Assembly (NCBI GenBank): GCA_016219325.1
Contig: JACRNH010000010.1
Coordinates: forward strand, 1 to 57,635
DNA from: Candidatus Collierbacteria bacterium
GTDB taxonomy: Bacteria > Patescibacteriota > Microgenomatia > UBA1400 > JACPES01
DNA: 57,635 nucleotides
Reading direction: 5' to 3'
Position numbers and translations under genes: made by a program. The notes under the pieces are model-generated. The model had not been told where the DNA came from, ran no database searches, and worked only from the letters and a program-made list of their open reading frames with translations. Positions within the stretch are counted from its first letter, which is position 1. Every line of letters starts with the position of its first letter. Shown here piece after piece: positions 57,465 through 57,635 of this stretch.

Positions 57465-57635
57465 CCTGAGTTTCCCAAATTAGTGTCCTGAATTCAGTTT
57501 TTGCAATAGGGTGTGGATATCTTTGGAGATTTCCGGTTCTGCGGGATATTCAGTTCCATTGATAATGATTGTTCCTGAACGAATCGGGCGAAGAGTTTTA
57601 ATAATCCTTTTAATACTTAACCCCGTTAGTTTTTC
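57465..57635 (-). mobile_element. Right end of an IS1634-family element (transposase C-terminus 57480..57635)
   Basis: Minus frame EKLTGLSIKRIIKTLRPIRSGTIIINGTEYPAEPEISKDIHTLLQKLNSGH*, followed by ...GAAACTCAGG, as recalled for IS1634/IS1549 ends. Confidence 0.65.

Overview
57.6 kb of bacterial chromosome, bounded at both ends by IS transposase fragments (IS1595-like on the left, IS1634-like on the right). It is most likely a Patescibacteria/CPR (Microgenomates-like) genome; this is inferred from the missing L30, many leaderless genes and the gene content. 0.6-2.6 kb: LexA-like repressor, SPPY methyltransferase and Hpy99I-like endonuclease. 2.7-18 kb: an unusual array of five ABC-2/DUF990 permease pairs in alternating orientation with only one ATPase. 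The pairs are interleaved with toxin-antitoxin-like two-gene cassettes. The cassettes are bounded by six orphan 27-96 bp copies of the permease-B 3' end (..Y[S/Q]SASS-stop), plus a deletion scar, and no integrase is present. The window also holds a family of heptamer-repeat hairpin elements, found once 'full' (around a four-helix-bundle/IVP gene) and three times 'empty' with an identical 32-bp arm. Several other palindromic repeat families insert in frame into nth, miaA, rplO and an erm-like gene. The rest: miaB/miaA, tldD/E, comM, def, mgtA, an atypical tRNA-Pro, ftsK, a decaying accessory block with an erm-like gene under an RFR-motif leader, the S10-spc ribosomal protein cluster with a candidate attenuator, and a dinB cassette. 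All calls come from reading the sequence and ORF track by eye; no database search was run.
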